Shown here: positions 37,911 to 47,811 of the stretch, piece by piece
How the letters are laid out: the number at the start of each line of letters is the position of its first letter
How positions within the stretch are numbered: position 1 is the stretch's first letter
DNA from: Pseudomonadota bacterium
GTDB taxonomy: Bacteria > Desulfobacterota > Desulfobacteria > Desulfobacterales > RPRI01
Assembly: GCA_043825875.1 (NCBI GenBank)
Contig: JBDRRF010000116.1
Location: forward strand, 32,552 to 96,551
Direction of reading: 5' to 3'
DNA: 64,000 nucleotides
Translations under genes and position numbers: made by a program
Notes under the pieces: generated by a model
What the model was told of the DNA's origin: nothing
Databases searched by the model: none
The model's input: the letters and a program-made list of their open reading frames with translations, nothing else

Positions 37911-38684
37911 ATGCCGCAGCTTGATAGTAACAGAAAAATAACCGAAATGCTTTTTGAATCTGTTATTATCTCTCAAAAAAACAAAAAAATATTAGAAAGA
38001 AACGCTTACCAAATAAAGATTCTTGATATAAATTATCTTCCTCAGATAATGGAATTGCACCAGCTTATAATCGACAGATTAATCAGAAAGGATACTCTCC
38101 AACCCTTTACTCTCGATTTTATGAAGGAACATCTCGGCAGTAAAGGGGTTATCATAGGTGTTATTTTCGAAAATAAGCTTATTGCTTTCCGGAACATCTA
38201 TTTTCCGGATGCTGACGAAAAAGAATGGAATCTTGGAATAGATCTTGGATTTGCCAAAAACATTCTTCATAAAGTTGCCAACCTGCAAATGGTTTGTGTT
38301 CATCCTTTTTACCGGGGCAATTCACTTGCCATGATAATGAACAGGCATGCCATAAAAATGATTAAAATTTCAGGCACGTATGATCATATTTGCGCTACAG
38401 TATCTCCATATAACTACTGGAATTTAAAAATTCTATTGGAAAGCGGTTTTGTTATAAAAAAACTTACGACAAAATATGGTGATAAACTTCGTTATATAGT
38501 TCACCTTGACTTGAAAAATCCGCTATGCTGTGAACCTGGCTACACAGAATATGTTTCTCTGACAGATTTTACCAGACAACACAAACTGCATAGCAAAGGC
38601 TGGTACGGCACCAGTTTAAGCATAAGCAAAAAAAGCGGGAATCCATCTTCTTATGAAAAAATGCTTCTTGGTTACTGTAAATAA
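37911..38684 (+). CDS. GNAT family N-acetyltransferase-like protein
   Basis: VCVHPFYRGNSLA (motif A) and ATVSPYNYWNLK...GF. Confidence 0.75.
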   Translation: MPQLDSNRKITEMLFESVIISQKNKKILERNAYQIKILDINYLPQIMELHQLIIDRLIRKDTLQPFTLDFMKEHLGSKGVIIGVIFENKLIAFRNIYFPDADEKEWNLGIDLGFAKNILHKVANLQMVCVHPFYRGNSLAMIMNRHAIKMIKISGTYDHICATVSPYNYWNLKILLESGFVIKKLTTKYGDKLRYIVHLDLKNPLCCEPGYTEYVSLTDFTRQHKLHSKGWYGTSLSISKKSGNPSSYEKMLLGYCK

Positions 38685-38702
38685 AAATAATTAATTTCGG
38701 AT

Positions 38703-38845
38703 GAGCCACTTTCAAAAAGTTTCAGTTTGGTCAAGCTCAAGGCGGGAGAAAATTTCAACCACAGAAATACATTTAGTATTTCGAGGATTGAAATTTGAGC
38801 CCACCGCTTAAGATCGGCCAAAATGGGGCGTTTTGAAACTGGCTC
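38703..38845 (+). mobile_element. 143-bp MITE, copy 2
   Basis: Same element, flanked by a GGAT direct repeat; ends 15 bp before ATG 38861. Confidence 0.9.
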
Positions 38846-38860
38846 GGATTATTCATAAAT

Positions 38861-39787
38861 ATGCAATCGCAAAGATTCTATAGCAATGCTACCGGATTTA
38901 GGGTTAAAATTATTTTGATAGTCGTGGGAATTCTATCTCTTTCCTATTCCCTGGGTTCATATCTTAGCGTTTTATCTTTTGAAAAGGTTTATGTGAAAGC
39001 ATTGACATCAAAATATGAAATTTTGGGCAAGGAGTTAAAACGAAAAATTGAAATAGCTCTTAAATTCGGCAAGCGCATTGATGGCTTTGTAGGTATGGAA
39101 AAGCTTGTTAAGCCGCTTTATGATCAATCCAAGGAGATTTCTGAAATATTTTTAACTGATGAAAAAGGCAATATACTATTTTCTTCCGGCAAGGCCAAAT
39201 TTGTTATAGCAAGCAGCTCAGCGGTTGGTGGCAAAGACACTGTATCGATTATAAACCGTACAATAAATGCAACTGAAAAATTGCCGGTAGACAAGTTATT
39301 TGACTGGAAAGCAAAAGATACCATTATAAGGGAATATAAGGGCAAATACTATATATTGATTCCTGTTATCCCTCCGTATGGTGGCAACAAAGGTATTTTG
39401 GGACTTTCTTTCAGTAAATCGGTAATTACAGAAAAAGAGGCTGTACTTGCAAAATCCTTCCGTAATAAACTTATTTTATCTATACTTCTTACATTTTTGC
39501 TTATCGGTTTAATGATAGAATATTTTTTTATCAAACCTGAAAGTAAACTAATAGAAAAGACCGCAGATGACATATTTGATAATCCGAACTCCTTTAAAAC
39601 CGCTTCGTCCGAAGTCTCTTTGGAAGTAGAACAAATTCACAAACAGATTTCCGAAGCACTTGTGCAGATGCAACAATCGAGTCAAGATGTTGCATCAAAT
39701 TTGACCAAACTGGAAAACCTTATGCCGGATAATGAATATGCCGTTAATGAAATCCGGGTTATGAGGGAGATCATCGATGGGAAATAA
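38861..39787 (+). CDS. Two-TM membrane protein with periplasmic Cache-like sensor domain and no output domain
   Basis: TM1, periplasmic domain (IFLTDEKGNILFSS...GILGLSFS), TM2, short helical tail. N-domain resembles that of the next gene. Confidence 0.7.
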   Translation: MQSQRFYSNATGFRVKIILIVVGILSLSYSLGSYLSVLSFEKVYVKALTSKYEILGKELKRKIEIALKFGKRIDGFVGMEKLVKPLYDQSKEISEIFLTDEKGNILFSSGKAKFVIASSSAVGGKDTVSIINRTINATEKLPVDKLFDWKAKDTIIREYKGKYYILIPVIPPYGGNKGILGLSFSKSVITEKEAVLAKSFRNKLILSILLTFLLIGLMIEYFFIKPESKLIEKTADDIFDNPNSFKTASSEVSLEVEQIHKQISEALVQMQQSSQDVASNLTKLENLMPDNEYAVNEIRVMREIIDGK

Positions 39788-41882
39788 CCGCCGTATCAGT
39801 CTGAACAAAAAAATACTGCTTATTGTTTTAAGCTTTATGGTTATCTCTCAGCTTGTCTATTTATACATTGACATCAAGTCATTTGAAAAAAGCTATATTG
39901 AGGTAATAAGGTCTAATCTGTATGTTGTTGGAACCAGCATTAAGAACAACCTTGACAGTATTTTGGAAAAGGGTATTCCGATAAACAAGCTTATAGGGTT
40001 GGAACCTTTTTTTAATGAAACGCTCTCCGATGCTCCGAATTTATCCTTCCTTGCTGTTTATGATAATTCCGGAAGATGCATATATTATTCCGACAGAGAT
40101 AAATTTATTGAAGGTTCTGCCGCCCAAAAGGCAGACAAGGCAATTATCAAAACAGACACCGGCAGTGATTCTGTTTTAAGTTTTTTGCTTCTATCAACCG
40201 GAGGTGAAGTTAAAGGAAAGCTTGTCGCAGGTATTGATCAAAAACTAATATCAAAGCAGATAAGATCGGTAATTTTAGATACCGGCACAATAATATTAAT
40301 CTCAATTCTTGCTACAATTGATTTTCTTTTTTTTGTCGTGGCCTTAACAATTGAAATTCCTCTCAAAAGGGCGGCAGAAGACATCAGACTTGCTAAAAAC
40401 CTTGAAGCAACCGGACTTATGATCGGGCGAACCGGCATAGATTTTTTTGACCAGGAGCTTGAACGCTTTGACCATTACAGAAATAATTATATAGTAAAAT
40501 GGCTAAGATTTAAAGAGCTTTTTCTCTCATTTGAAAGAACTCTGAAATACCAAAATATAAAAAACCATGCTGTGTATAAACCGGTTAAAGAAATTGAATC
40601 CCTGATCAGCCGTATCAGTTCTGAGCGCAAAAACCAACCCGGTCCGGCTGTTATCGGTTTGCCGGTATTAATCCGCCCGGCTTTATTCTTATTCGTTTTT
40701 GCAGAAGCTCTTAGCATTTCATTTCTCCCTCTTTATGCAGAAGAAATCTATCGTCCGCTTTTGGGATTTAGCCAAGAAGTTATAATCGGCCTTCCAATTT
40801 CAGCTTTTATGCTATTTACTGCTTTAAGCTTTCCTGTAGGAGGAGCACTTGCAGATACAATCGGTTATAGAAGAGCTTTTGTAATCGGAGCACTAATTAC
40901 AGCAACAGGGCTTTTTTTAACCGGCACAGCAAACAATATTCTTTATTTGATTTTTTATCGCTGTATAGTCGGAGCAGGATTCGGCATAGTATTTATTACT
41001 GCACAAAGTTATATAGTATCAACAACTTCAATGTCCAACCGGGCTGAAGGGATGGCTATATTCCTTTCGGCGTTTTATGGAGGAACTCTTTGCGGTTCAG
41101 CGATAGGAGGTATGGTAGCTGAACGTATAGGATACAGGATATTGTTCCATTCAGGCGCAGTAATGGCTCTCGTAGCTGTTTTTTTCATTTACTTTTTCAT
41201 TTCCGAACAGACTGCAATAGGGAAAAAACGCGAAGCCGGAAAATTATTTATGCAGTTTAAATCACTTCTGCCATTGCCGCAGAATTTTATAAAACTTCTT
41301 TCAGACAAAAACTTTTCCGCTCTTACTTTTTTGCAAAGCATTCCGAATAAAATATGCCTTATAGGTTTTGTATATTATGCTGCTCCATTGCTTTTAAAAA
41401 GCTTAAATTCGAGCCAGTCCGACACCGGTAGATATATAATGGGGTACAGCCTGATGATGATTCTTTTCAGCCAGGCGGCTTCAAAATGGTCAGACAAATA
41501 TCTGTCGGCAAAGCCTTTTATATTCTGGGGTGGAATTTTATCCGGCCTTTCGCTTATACCTTTTTTCTTTTTTAGCAACGTGTGGGTGGTGGCAATCGGG
41601 ATATTACTTCTCGGACTGTCACATACTATTTCAGTTTCGAATCAGGCAAAAATGGCTTCCCAGTTAGATGTAGTAAAAGAAATAGGCATAGGTCCGGGCT
41701 TGGGAATATACAGACAGATGGAACGGTTAGGCAATGTTGTTGCTCCTGTTCTTTTGGGATTTTTATCTTCAATATTCGGGTATTCAAAAACTCTTGCAAT
41801 TATCGGGGTTTTTACGATTATTTTAAGTATTGTTTTCCAAATTATTTACTGTGAGAAAACCGTTGTTTCGCATGAGATTTAA
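39777..41882 (+). CDS. MFS transporter fused to an N-terminal periplasmic sensor and HAMP-like linker
   Basis: About 290-aa N-terminal TM-sensor-TM-helical region, then about 12 TMs with GGALADTIGYRR (motif A), YRCIVGAG, NRAEGMA and GGMVAERIGYR. Confidence 0.85.
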   Translation: MGNNRRISLNKKILLIVLSFMVISQLVYLYIDIKSFEKSYIEVIRSNLYVVGTSIKNNLDSILEKGIPINKLIGLEPFFNETLSDAPNLSFLAVYDNSGRCIYYSDRDKFIEGSAAQKADKAIIKTDTGSDSVLSFLLLSTGGEVKGKLVAGIDQKLISKQIRSVILDTGTIILISILATIDFLFFVVALTIEIPLKRAAEDIRLAKNLEATGLMIGRTGIDFFDQELERFDHYRNNYIVKWLRFKELFLSFERTLKYQNIKNHAVYKPVKEIESLISRISSERKNQPGPAVIGLPVLIRPALFLFVFAEALSISFLPLYAEEIYRPLLGFSQEVIIGLPISAFMLFTALSFPVGGALADTIGYRRAFVIGALITATGLFLTGTANNILYLIFYRCIVGAGFGIVFITAQSYIVSTTSMSNRAEGMAIFLSAFYGGTLCGSAIGGMVAERIGYRILFHSGAVMALVAVFFIYFFISEQTAIGKKREAGKLFMQFKSLLPLPQNFIKLLSDKNFSALTFLQSIPNKICLIGFVYYAAPLLLKSLNSSQSDTGRYIMGYSLMMILFSQAASKWSDKYLSAKPFIFWGGILSGLSLIPFFFFSNVWVVAIGILLLGLSHTISVSNQAKMASQLDVVKEIGIGPGLGIYRQMERLGNVVAPVLLGFLSSIFGYSKTLAIIGVFTIILSIVFQIIYCEKTVVSHEI

Positions 41883-41912
41883 ATAGTTGACATTAAACGG
41901 AGATTTAATTGT

Positions 41913-43055
41913 ATGAAAAAATGGTTGCAAAACTTTATCATTTTGGCATTTCTAATGAATTCTTGTGTGGCCTTTTGTCTTGATGATTTACCGAAAGCAA
42001 AAGAAATTCAAACGTTTTCCTATACCGTAAACCAGCCATTTGCGGGCAGCCAGTCTCCGGATGATGCAAAGGTAGCGGCTATTGCCAAAGGGAAAACCGA
42101 GGTGCTTGAAAAGGCGGGCACTTTCCTCGAATCACTTACAGTTGTTGAAAATTTCGCGCTTACAAAGGATCAAAGTATTGCAATTGCATCCGGAATTTTA
42201 TCGGTTGATATATTGTCACAGAAAAATTATGCCACCAACCAGAGCTTTGGAATTATACTTGAGCTTAAAATAGATGTTGATTCCAGTATTTTGAATAAAA
42301 GAGTCAAGCAAATCAAAGAAGATATGACTCTTATGGGAAAATACAGTGAGTTAAAGGATAGAGAGAATGAACTGTTAAAAAGAATTAAAATGCTGGAAAA
42401 GCAAAATATAGAGCTATCACGTCTGCCATCTCATAAAGAATCGCAGAAAAGAGAAGTCTTAGGCAAACAATTTGAGGAAGTTATCGATGCTCTGCCTGCT
42501 ATTGAGCTGAATCAAAAAGCTATAGCTTTGTGGGAAGGGCACAAATATAATGATCCTGATAAAGCAATTAAATATTTAAATGAATCTATCCGGCTTGATC
42601 CAAAGAATTCTATCTCATACAACAACAGAGGTGTCGCATTTTACAATATAGGCAACAGACAACTTGCTTTAGAAGATTTTAGCCAGGCAATTTTGCTTTA
42701 TAAAAATTATGCAGATGCCTATAACAACCGAGGTGTTATTTTCTTTGAACTAAGGCAATATAATAAAGCAATCAAAGACTTCAATCAGGCTATCATGAAT
42801 AATCCACAGCGGGTTGATTCTTTTTTAAACCGTGCTGCAGCATACAAGAATATCTGGCAATACCAGCTTTGCCTCGATGATCTCAAGCAAGCTCTGTTGC
42901 TGGATCCAAACTATGCAAAAAAATCTATCGGAAATGTAAGTGCAAATATTGATTTAAATGAAATTGAGCGCTTATGTGAAAACTCCCGTAAAGCCTGTAC
43001 CCTTGGATTATGCAAATCCAGGAAGTATCTTTATGATAGAGGTTTTTGCAAATAA
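41913..43055 (+). CDS. Exported TPR protein with N-terminal LPP20/FlgT-N-like domain and coiled coil
   Basis: Signal peptide; AKVAAIAKGKTEVLEKAGTFLES; repeated YNNRG TPRs; C-terminal KAC.LG.C. Confidence 0.75.
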   Translation: MKKWLQNFIILAFLMNSCVAFCLDDLPKAKEIQTFSYTVNQPFAGSQSPDDAKVAAIAKGKTEVLEKAGTFLESLTVVENFALTKDQSIAIASGILSVDILSQKNYATNQSFGIILELKIDVDSSILNKRVKQIKEDMTLMGKYSELKDRENELLKRIKMLEKQNIELSRLPSHKESQKREVLGKQFEEVIDALPAIELNQKAIALWEGHKYNDPDKAIKYLNESIRLDPKNSISYNNRGVAFYNIGNRQLALEDFSQAILLYKNYADAYNNRGVIFFELRQYNKAIKDFNQAIMNNPQRVDSFLNRAAAYKNIWQYQLCLDDLKQALLLDPNYAKKSIGNVSANIDLNEIERLCENSRKACTLGLCKSRKYLYDRGFCK

Positions 43056-43142
43056 ATATAACTGTTGTTTTTCACTTGATAATAGCTGCATAAGAGTGTA
43101 GAAAAAGGAATAAATCAATCAAAAACAGGGTAGTGTTAAACT

Positions 43143-44555
43143 ATGCGTATCAAGCAAAATATTTTTAAAATTTTATTTTTTATCATTGCTATAGCAATAA
43201 CTCATGGTTGTGGGGGAGTTGACAGACCTTTAAACAATAAACAACTGAGTGGATTTGCAGCAGATGACGGTGCTTTACCTGTTTATGAGGGATATGTTGG
43301 AGAAAATCCTGATTCAGTTAAATCAGGAAATAAGCTGGGAGTTTGGTATTTAAAAACAGGCCGTTTCGATAAAGCAATTTCCGGATTTGAGGCTACCCTG
43401 GCAAAAGAACCCGGAGAACCATTCGCTACCTATTATCTTGGGCTTGCTTATCTTGGTAAGGAAAATTTCAATAAGGCCATACAGGTTTGGCAAAGTTACA
43501 AAAATAAGGATAACCCCATTTTGGAGGAAGCGATATCTCGACAAATCACATTGTTAAGAATTGCTCAATGCCGTAAACTTGCAACAAAAGCTCTTGCTCA
43601 GGAGAAAAAACTCATGGCAACAAAACCCGCTGCCAACACAGTTGCCATTTGCTATTATGAGGATCTTTCACCTGATAAAAGCCTTCATGCGTTCCGCAAA
43701 GGCCTTGCGGCAATGATTATTTCAGATCTTTCAAAAATAAAGTCAATACAAGTTGTAGAAAGAATCAGATTGCAGGCTCTTCTGGAAGAAATGAAGCTGG
43801 GGCAAACAGGCCTTGTTAAAAAGGATACAGCACCTAAGGTTGGTAAACTTCTTGGTGCCCGTAATATTGTTCTTGGCAATCTTTCACTTGGCAGTATTAA
43901 AGCCATAACCACCTTAGCTTCAACCGAAACTGAAAACATCAAAGGCAGTGAATCTGCATCTGTTGAAAAGGATAAGTTTTTTGAACTCCCTGCGATAATT
44001 ATAAATGATATTGCCAAAATCATGGGAATAAAGCTTACAGCTAAAGAAAAAAAGACCATCGGAGTTGCTCATACAAAGGTTTATAAGGCTTTGGTTTATT
44101 ATGGTAATGCACTTGATGCTTTAGATACCGGTAAATGGAAAGAGGCAAAGGGTTATTTCGATATGGCCCTTAAAGAAGACCCGAATTTTGATCTTGCAAA
44201 AGAAGCAGCGTACAGTTGCCCGGAGGCAAATTATCCGAGTATAAATAACATACTAAATTTAAAAGGCTCCAAAATATCAACCGCAATTGAAGCTTTAATG
44301 AGTTCTGAGGAAAGCAAATTGATAACAGGCTCTTCGATTGCATTTGACTATCTGAATAACAGTGGGTACACCGAAACAGATATTTTGGGAATAGATCTCG
44401 GAGATCTTGGAATAACCGGAGTAGGTGAAGAAACGTTGGAGGAAGAGAGTTGGACAACGCCGACAACGCCGACAACACCAACAACACCAACAACACCAAC
44501 AACACCAACAACACCGACAACACCGACAACACCTTTTACTGGGCCTTATCCATAA
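43143..44555 (+). CDS. TPR plus CsgG/HfaB/TolB-N-like lipoprotein with (TTP)9 tail
   Basis: Lipobox ITHGC; TPRs; QVVERIRLQALLEEMKLGQTGLV...KVGKLLGA. Confidence 0.8.
   Translation: MRIKQNIFKILFFIIAIAITHGCGGVDRPLNNKQLSGFAADDGALPVYEGYVGENPDSVKSGNKLGVWYLKTGRFDKAISGFEATLAKEPGEPFATYYLGLAYLGKENFNKAIQVWQSYKNKDNPILEEAISRQITLLRIAQCRKLATKALAQEKKLMATKPAANTVAICYYEDLSPDKSLHAFRKGLAAMIISDLSKIKSIQVVERIRLQALLEEMKLGQTGLVKKDTAPKVGKLLGARNIVLGNLSLGSIKAITTLASTETENIKGSESASVEKDKFFELPAIIINDIAKIMGIKLTAKEKKTIGVAHTKVYKALVYYGNALDALDTGKWKEAKGYFDMALKEDPNFDLAKEAAYSCPEANYPSINNILNLKGSKISTAIEALMSSEESKLITGSSIAFDYLNNSGYTETDILGIDLGDLGITGVGEETLEEESWTTPTTPTTPTTPTTPTTPTTPTTPTTPFTGPYP
44454..44534 (+). repeat. 9-bp tandem repeat x9 (ACAACRCCN) encoding (Thr-Thr-Pro)9
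   Basis: Counted directly: two ACAACGCCG, four ACAACACCA, two ACAACACCG, one ACAACACCT. Confidence 0.95.
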
Positions 44556-44726
44556 ATGGTGATAATTATATTAAATGAACACAATGCTAATATCGACTTT
44601 GAGGTAATTTAACGATTCAGTTATTTTCATTTAAATATGAATTCGATGCGAATTAATTGCAAGACAACTGGCCGATGAGACTTAAGTCCAGGTCTGAGAT
44701 GAGGAAGTCATCCAAAGGATACAAGA

Positions 44727-45452
44727 ATGAAAAATCTTAACATTCATTTCATTACAACACTTATACTTCTTTTGCTGTTTATTGGATGCGCCGGTGTTTC
44801 AAAAGAAATTGTCAAAGAGCATGAAAAACCATATAAAGCAGCTGTATATCAAGTGCCTGAAACAATGGCTGTATTGCCTTTTGAAAATAACTCTGTTACT
44901 GAACCTGAAAAATACGCTCCTTTAAGCAAGGGCCTTTCCGCCATGCTGACTACTGATCTAAAAAACAGCAATACAACTCTTCAGATCATTGAGCGTGAAA
45001 AAATTCAGGCAATTTTAAAAGAAATCGCTCTTGGCCAGACTGGCAGCGTGGATCAGTCGACCGCAGTAAAGGCCGGGAAATTGCTTGGAGCGCAATCCAT
45101 TGTCTTTGGATCTTTTATGGTGCTTGGCAACAATGTACGCATAGATGCCAGAATAATAAATGTCGAGACCGGAGAAGTCTTGATGGCTGAATTTATAACA
45201 GGAGACAGCGGCGGATTTATAAATATAGCTATTGACCTTGCTGCAAAGATTTCAAAATCAATGAAAGTTGCGTTTAATCCGGTTAAAGTTAAGAGTACCG
45301 GCAATCTGGATGCGGCAATTTATTTTTCAAAAGGGCTTGATGCGCTTGACAAGGGGGATAAAGAAGAAGCTAACAGGTTATTTTTAAAATGTATAAAACT
45401 TGACCCTGCATATAAGGTGCAGGTTGATAATGTGAAAGGTTTAACCAAATGA
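44727..45452 (+). CDS. CsgG/HfaB (FlgO/TolB-N-like) lipoprotein
   Basis: Lipobox FIGC; MAVLPFEN, IIEREKIQAILKEIALGQTGSVD..TAVKAGKLLGA, RIDARIINVETGEV. Confidence 0.85.
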   Translation: MKNLNIHFITTLILLLLFIGCAGVSKEIVKEHEKPYKAAVYQVPETMAVLPFENNSVTEPEKYAPLSKGLSAMLTTDLKNSNTTLQIIEREKIQAILKEIALGQTGSVDQSTAVKAGKLLGAQSIVFGSFMVLGNNVRIDARIINVETGEVLMAEFITGDSGGFINIAIDLAAKISKSMKVAFNPVKVKSTGNLDAAIYFSKGLDALDKGDKEEANRLFLKCIKLDPAYKVQVDNVKGLTK

Positions 45453-46576
45453 AAAAAACAGTATTATTCATGTTTGCATTTGCGGTTTTTCTGATTTTTA
45501 ACAGCAATTCTTTTGCAGAAGATAAAACCATTGAGGCTGAAGGGTTAAGTACCATATCAAGAGAAGATGCTATACGCCAGGCTCAGCGTTCAGCTGTTGA
45601 GCAGGGGGTTGGAATTTTTATTCAGTCTCAGACCGAAGTGGAAAATTTCGAACTCAAAAAAGATAAGATTTTTTCAAGAACCAAGGGCTATATCAAAAGA
45701 TTTTCAATACTAAAAGAAAGTAAAGATGAAGACTTATTTAAAATAATTATAAAAGCAACGGTTTCTCTTGATAAAATCAAAGATGACCTTATTGCTATGA
45801 AGATACTTCTTGCAAGCATGGAACACCCAAAACTGATGGTGCTTATCGAAGAAGATTATAAGAGTATGGACAATCTGGGAATGGGCATTGCCTCAACAGA
45901 AATGGCTTCATTGCTCGGTGCCAAAGGTTTTGAACTTGTCGATAAATCTCAGGTAGATGCAATAATGAACAATAATCAGGGAAGGCAAGCACTTGCCGGA
46001 AACACAAACGCCGCTAAAGCATTAGGGCTTAAGTTCGGAGCACAGTATGTTGTCGTTGGAAAAGCTGTTGCCCAGGATGCCGGAGAGGCTTATCCTGGTT
46101 CAGGACTTAAATCAATTCAGGCAAGCCTTCAATTAAAGGTTATTCAAACTCAGACAGGTCTTGTTTTAGGCTCGGTAGTTAAAACCGGGGTTTCTGCCCA
46201 TATAAGTCCTCTTATTGGTGCTACAACAGCAATCCAGATGAGTGCCAAAAAAGCTGTTGATGAATACCTGGTGAATGCAATTACTAATTCTTTCCAGGAT
46301 TTTTTAAATAACGGTACTCCCCTTAAGCTGCATATCACCGGTGTGGACTCTTTTCAGAAATCAAAATTGGTTACCGGAGCAATAGAAAGAACAGAAAAAG
46401 TTGCCAGCAGCAAGAAAGAGGGATGGAGTAAGGCCGGCGGTATCCTTGAACTCGGTCTGCTCTATAAAGGTACAAGCGAGGAACTGGCTGAAGTGATTGA
46501 CGGGAAAATAGTCGGTAATGGCAAGCTTGAAGTTATTGATGTTGCACCTGAAAGGCTCGACTGTAATCTAAAATAA
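45449..46576 (+). CDS. Exported protein with FlgT N-terminal-like domain
   Basis: Signal peptide ending SFA; IEAEG..SREDAIRQAQRSAVEQGVG.FIQSQTEVENF..KDKIFS...GYI; ATGA overlap with the upstream gene. Confidence 0.75.
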   Translation: MKKTVLFMFAFAVFLIFNSNSFAEDKTIEAEGLSTISREDAIRQAQRSAVEQGVGIFIQSQTEVENFELKKDKIFSRTKGYIKRFSILKESKDEDLFKIIIKATVSLDKIKDDLIAMKILLASMEHPKLMVLIEEDYKSMDNLGMGIASTEMASLLGAKGFELVDKSQVDAIMNNNQGRQALAGNTNAAKALGLKFGAQYVVVGKAVAQDAGEAYPGSGLKSIQASLQLKVIQTQTGLVLGSVVKTGVSAHISPLIGATTAIQMSAKKAVDEYLVNAITNSFQDFLNNGTPLKLHITGVDSFQKSKLVTGAIERTEKVASSKKEGWSKAGGILELGLLYKGTSEELAEVIDGKIVGNGKLEVIDVAPERLDCNLK

Positions 46577-46607
46577 AATATAGCCATATAAATTGGAGGC
46601 AAACAAA

Positions 46608-46820
46608 ATGAAACGTTCTGAACAGTTAACTCTTGAGGGATGGGAAAAGCGAGCAACTTATGATGAACCACGCCTTTCAGAAATGTTAGAAATGTATAAA
46701 GAAATTGGTTTTGAAGTGCTTTTGGAACCCTTTGATGCTGATGCAGAGCCTGGTTGTGCTGAATGCATGAAAGCTTCGCCGCAAAAATATCAAACAATCT
46801 ATACGCGTAAAAAATCTTAA
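46608..46820 (+). CDS. Small hypothetical protein
   Basis: GGAGG RBS, ATG 46608; GWEKR..DEPRLSE..EMYKEIGFEV...CAEC...TIYTR. Confidence 0.65.
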   Translation: MKRSEQLTLEGWEKRATYDEPRLSEMLEMYKEIGFEVLLEPFDADAEPGCAECMKASPQKYQTIYTRKKS

Positions 46821-46841
46821 GAATCAAAAAATTCTCATAAT

Positions 46842-47786
46842 ATGGAAAATAAATCTAATTTTCAGCCCCGGCATTTTGCAGTTATAGGAGCTGGCCCGGT
46901 TGGATGTATTGTCTCGGCGTTACTATCAAAAAACGGATATGAAGTAACCTTGTGCGATGTGGTTCCTGAGCTGGTTAAACCAGCCATAAATCCGGGCATT
47001 ATCATCGAAGGAGCAGAAAATATTCGGCAGAGCGTATCCCACACATGTACAAGCGTAGAGGATCTTTGCGAAAAAGTACCTGATGTAATAATTCTTGCAA
47101 TAAAAGCAAACACGCTTTCACTCGTTGCCTCTGCTATAGAAGCATTTTACAAAGAAGGTATATATATTATATGCTGGCAGAACGGGATAGATACTGAATC
47201 CGAAATAGCGATAACTCTCGGTAAAAAACCCGTTATGAGAGCGGTTGTAAATTACGGATGTGAGCTAATCGGACCATGTCATGTCCGTATGTCTTTTCAT
47301 CATCCTCCTCATTACCTGCAGGAACTTGATAAAACATCATCTGCAGCGGCAATCGAGATCACTAAAATTCTGACTAAATGCGGTCTTCATACCAAACATA
47401 CTGATGAAATAAATTCCATGATATGGCGAAAAGCAATTCTTAATTCCTGCATGAATCCGGTTTGCGCAGTAACCGGACTTACGATGTCCCAGGCCATGAA
47501 CGATCCTTTTGTCTTTCAGATTATAGACTCTCTTGTAAAAGAATGTGTTGCCGTTGCCAGGGCAAACGGAATAGATCTTGGCTGGAACTTTTATCCCTAT
47601 GCATTGGAGTATATGGGAAAAGCGGGAGATCACAAACCTTCCATGCTTACAGATATTGAAAACAACCGCAGAACTGAAATTGAATTCATGAACGGAAAAT
47701 TTGTGGAATACGGCAGGCAGACCGGAATGGATACACCTTATAATAAAACCTTAAGGGCTCTTATTAAAGCTCTTGAGCCAAAGTAA
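46842..47786 (+). CDS. panE: Ketopantoate reductase family (PanE/ApbA)
   Basis: IGAGPVG, QNG, WRKAILN..MNP, SMLTD..N.RRTEIEFMNG. Confidence 0.85.
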   Translation: MENKSNFQPRHFAVIGAGPVGCIVSALLSKNGYEVTLCDVVPELVKPAINPGIIIEGAENIRQSVSHTCTSVEDLCEKVPDVIILAIKANTLSLVASAIEAFYKEGIYIICWQNGIDTESEIAITLGKKPVMRAVVNYGCELIGPCHVRMSFHHPPHYLQELDKTSSAAAIEITKILTKCGLHTKHTDEINSMIWRKAILNSCMNPVCAVTGLTMSQAMNDPFVFQIIDSLVKECVAVARANGIDLGWNFYPYALEYMGKAGDHKPSMLTDIENNRRTEIEFMNGKFVEYGRQTGMDTPYNKTLRALIKALEPK

Positions 47787-47811
47787 TGAGCTTATTTATT
47801 GCTGAACCGTT

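Noticed and set aside
44454..44534. Tandem repeat as a CRISPR array
   Set aside because: 9-bp coding units with no spacers; no CRISPR array or cas gene seen in the window.
44665..44715. Hammerhead-like CCGATGAG...GTC segment
   Set aside because: Core CTGATGA and GAAA are not intact and there is no convincing three-stem fold.
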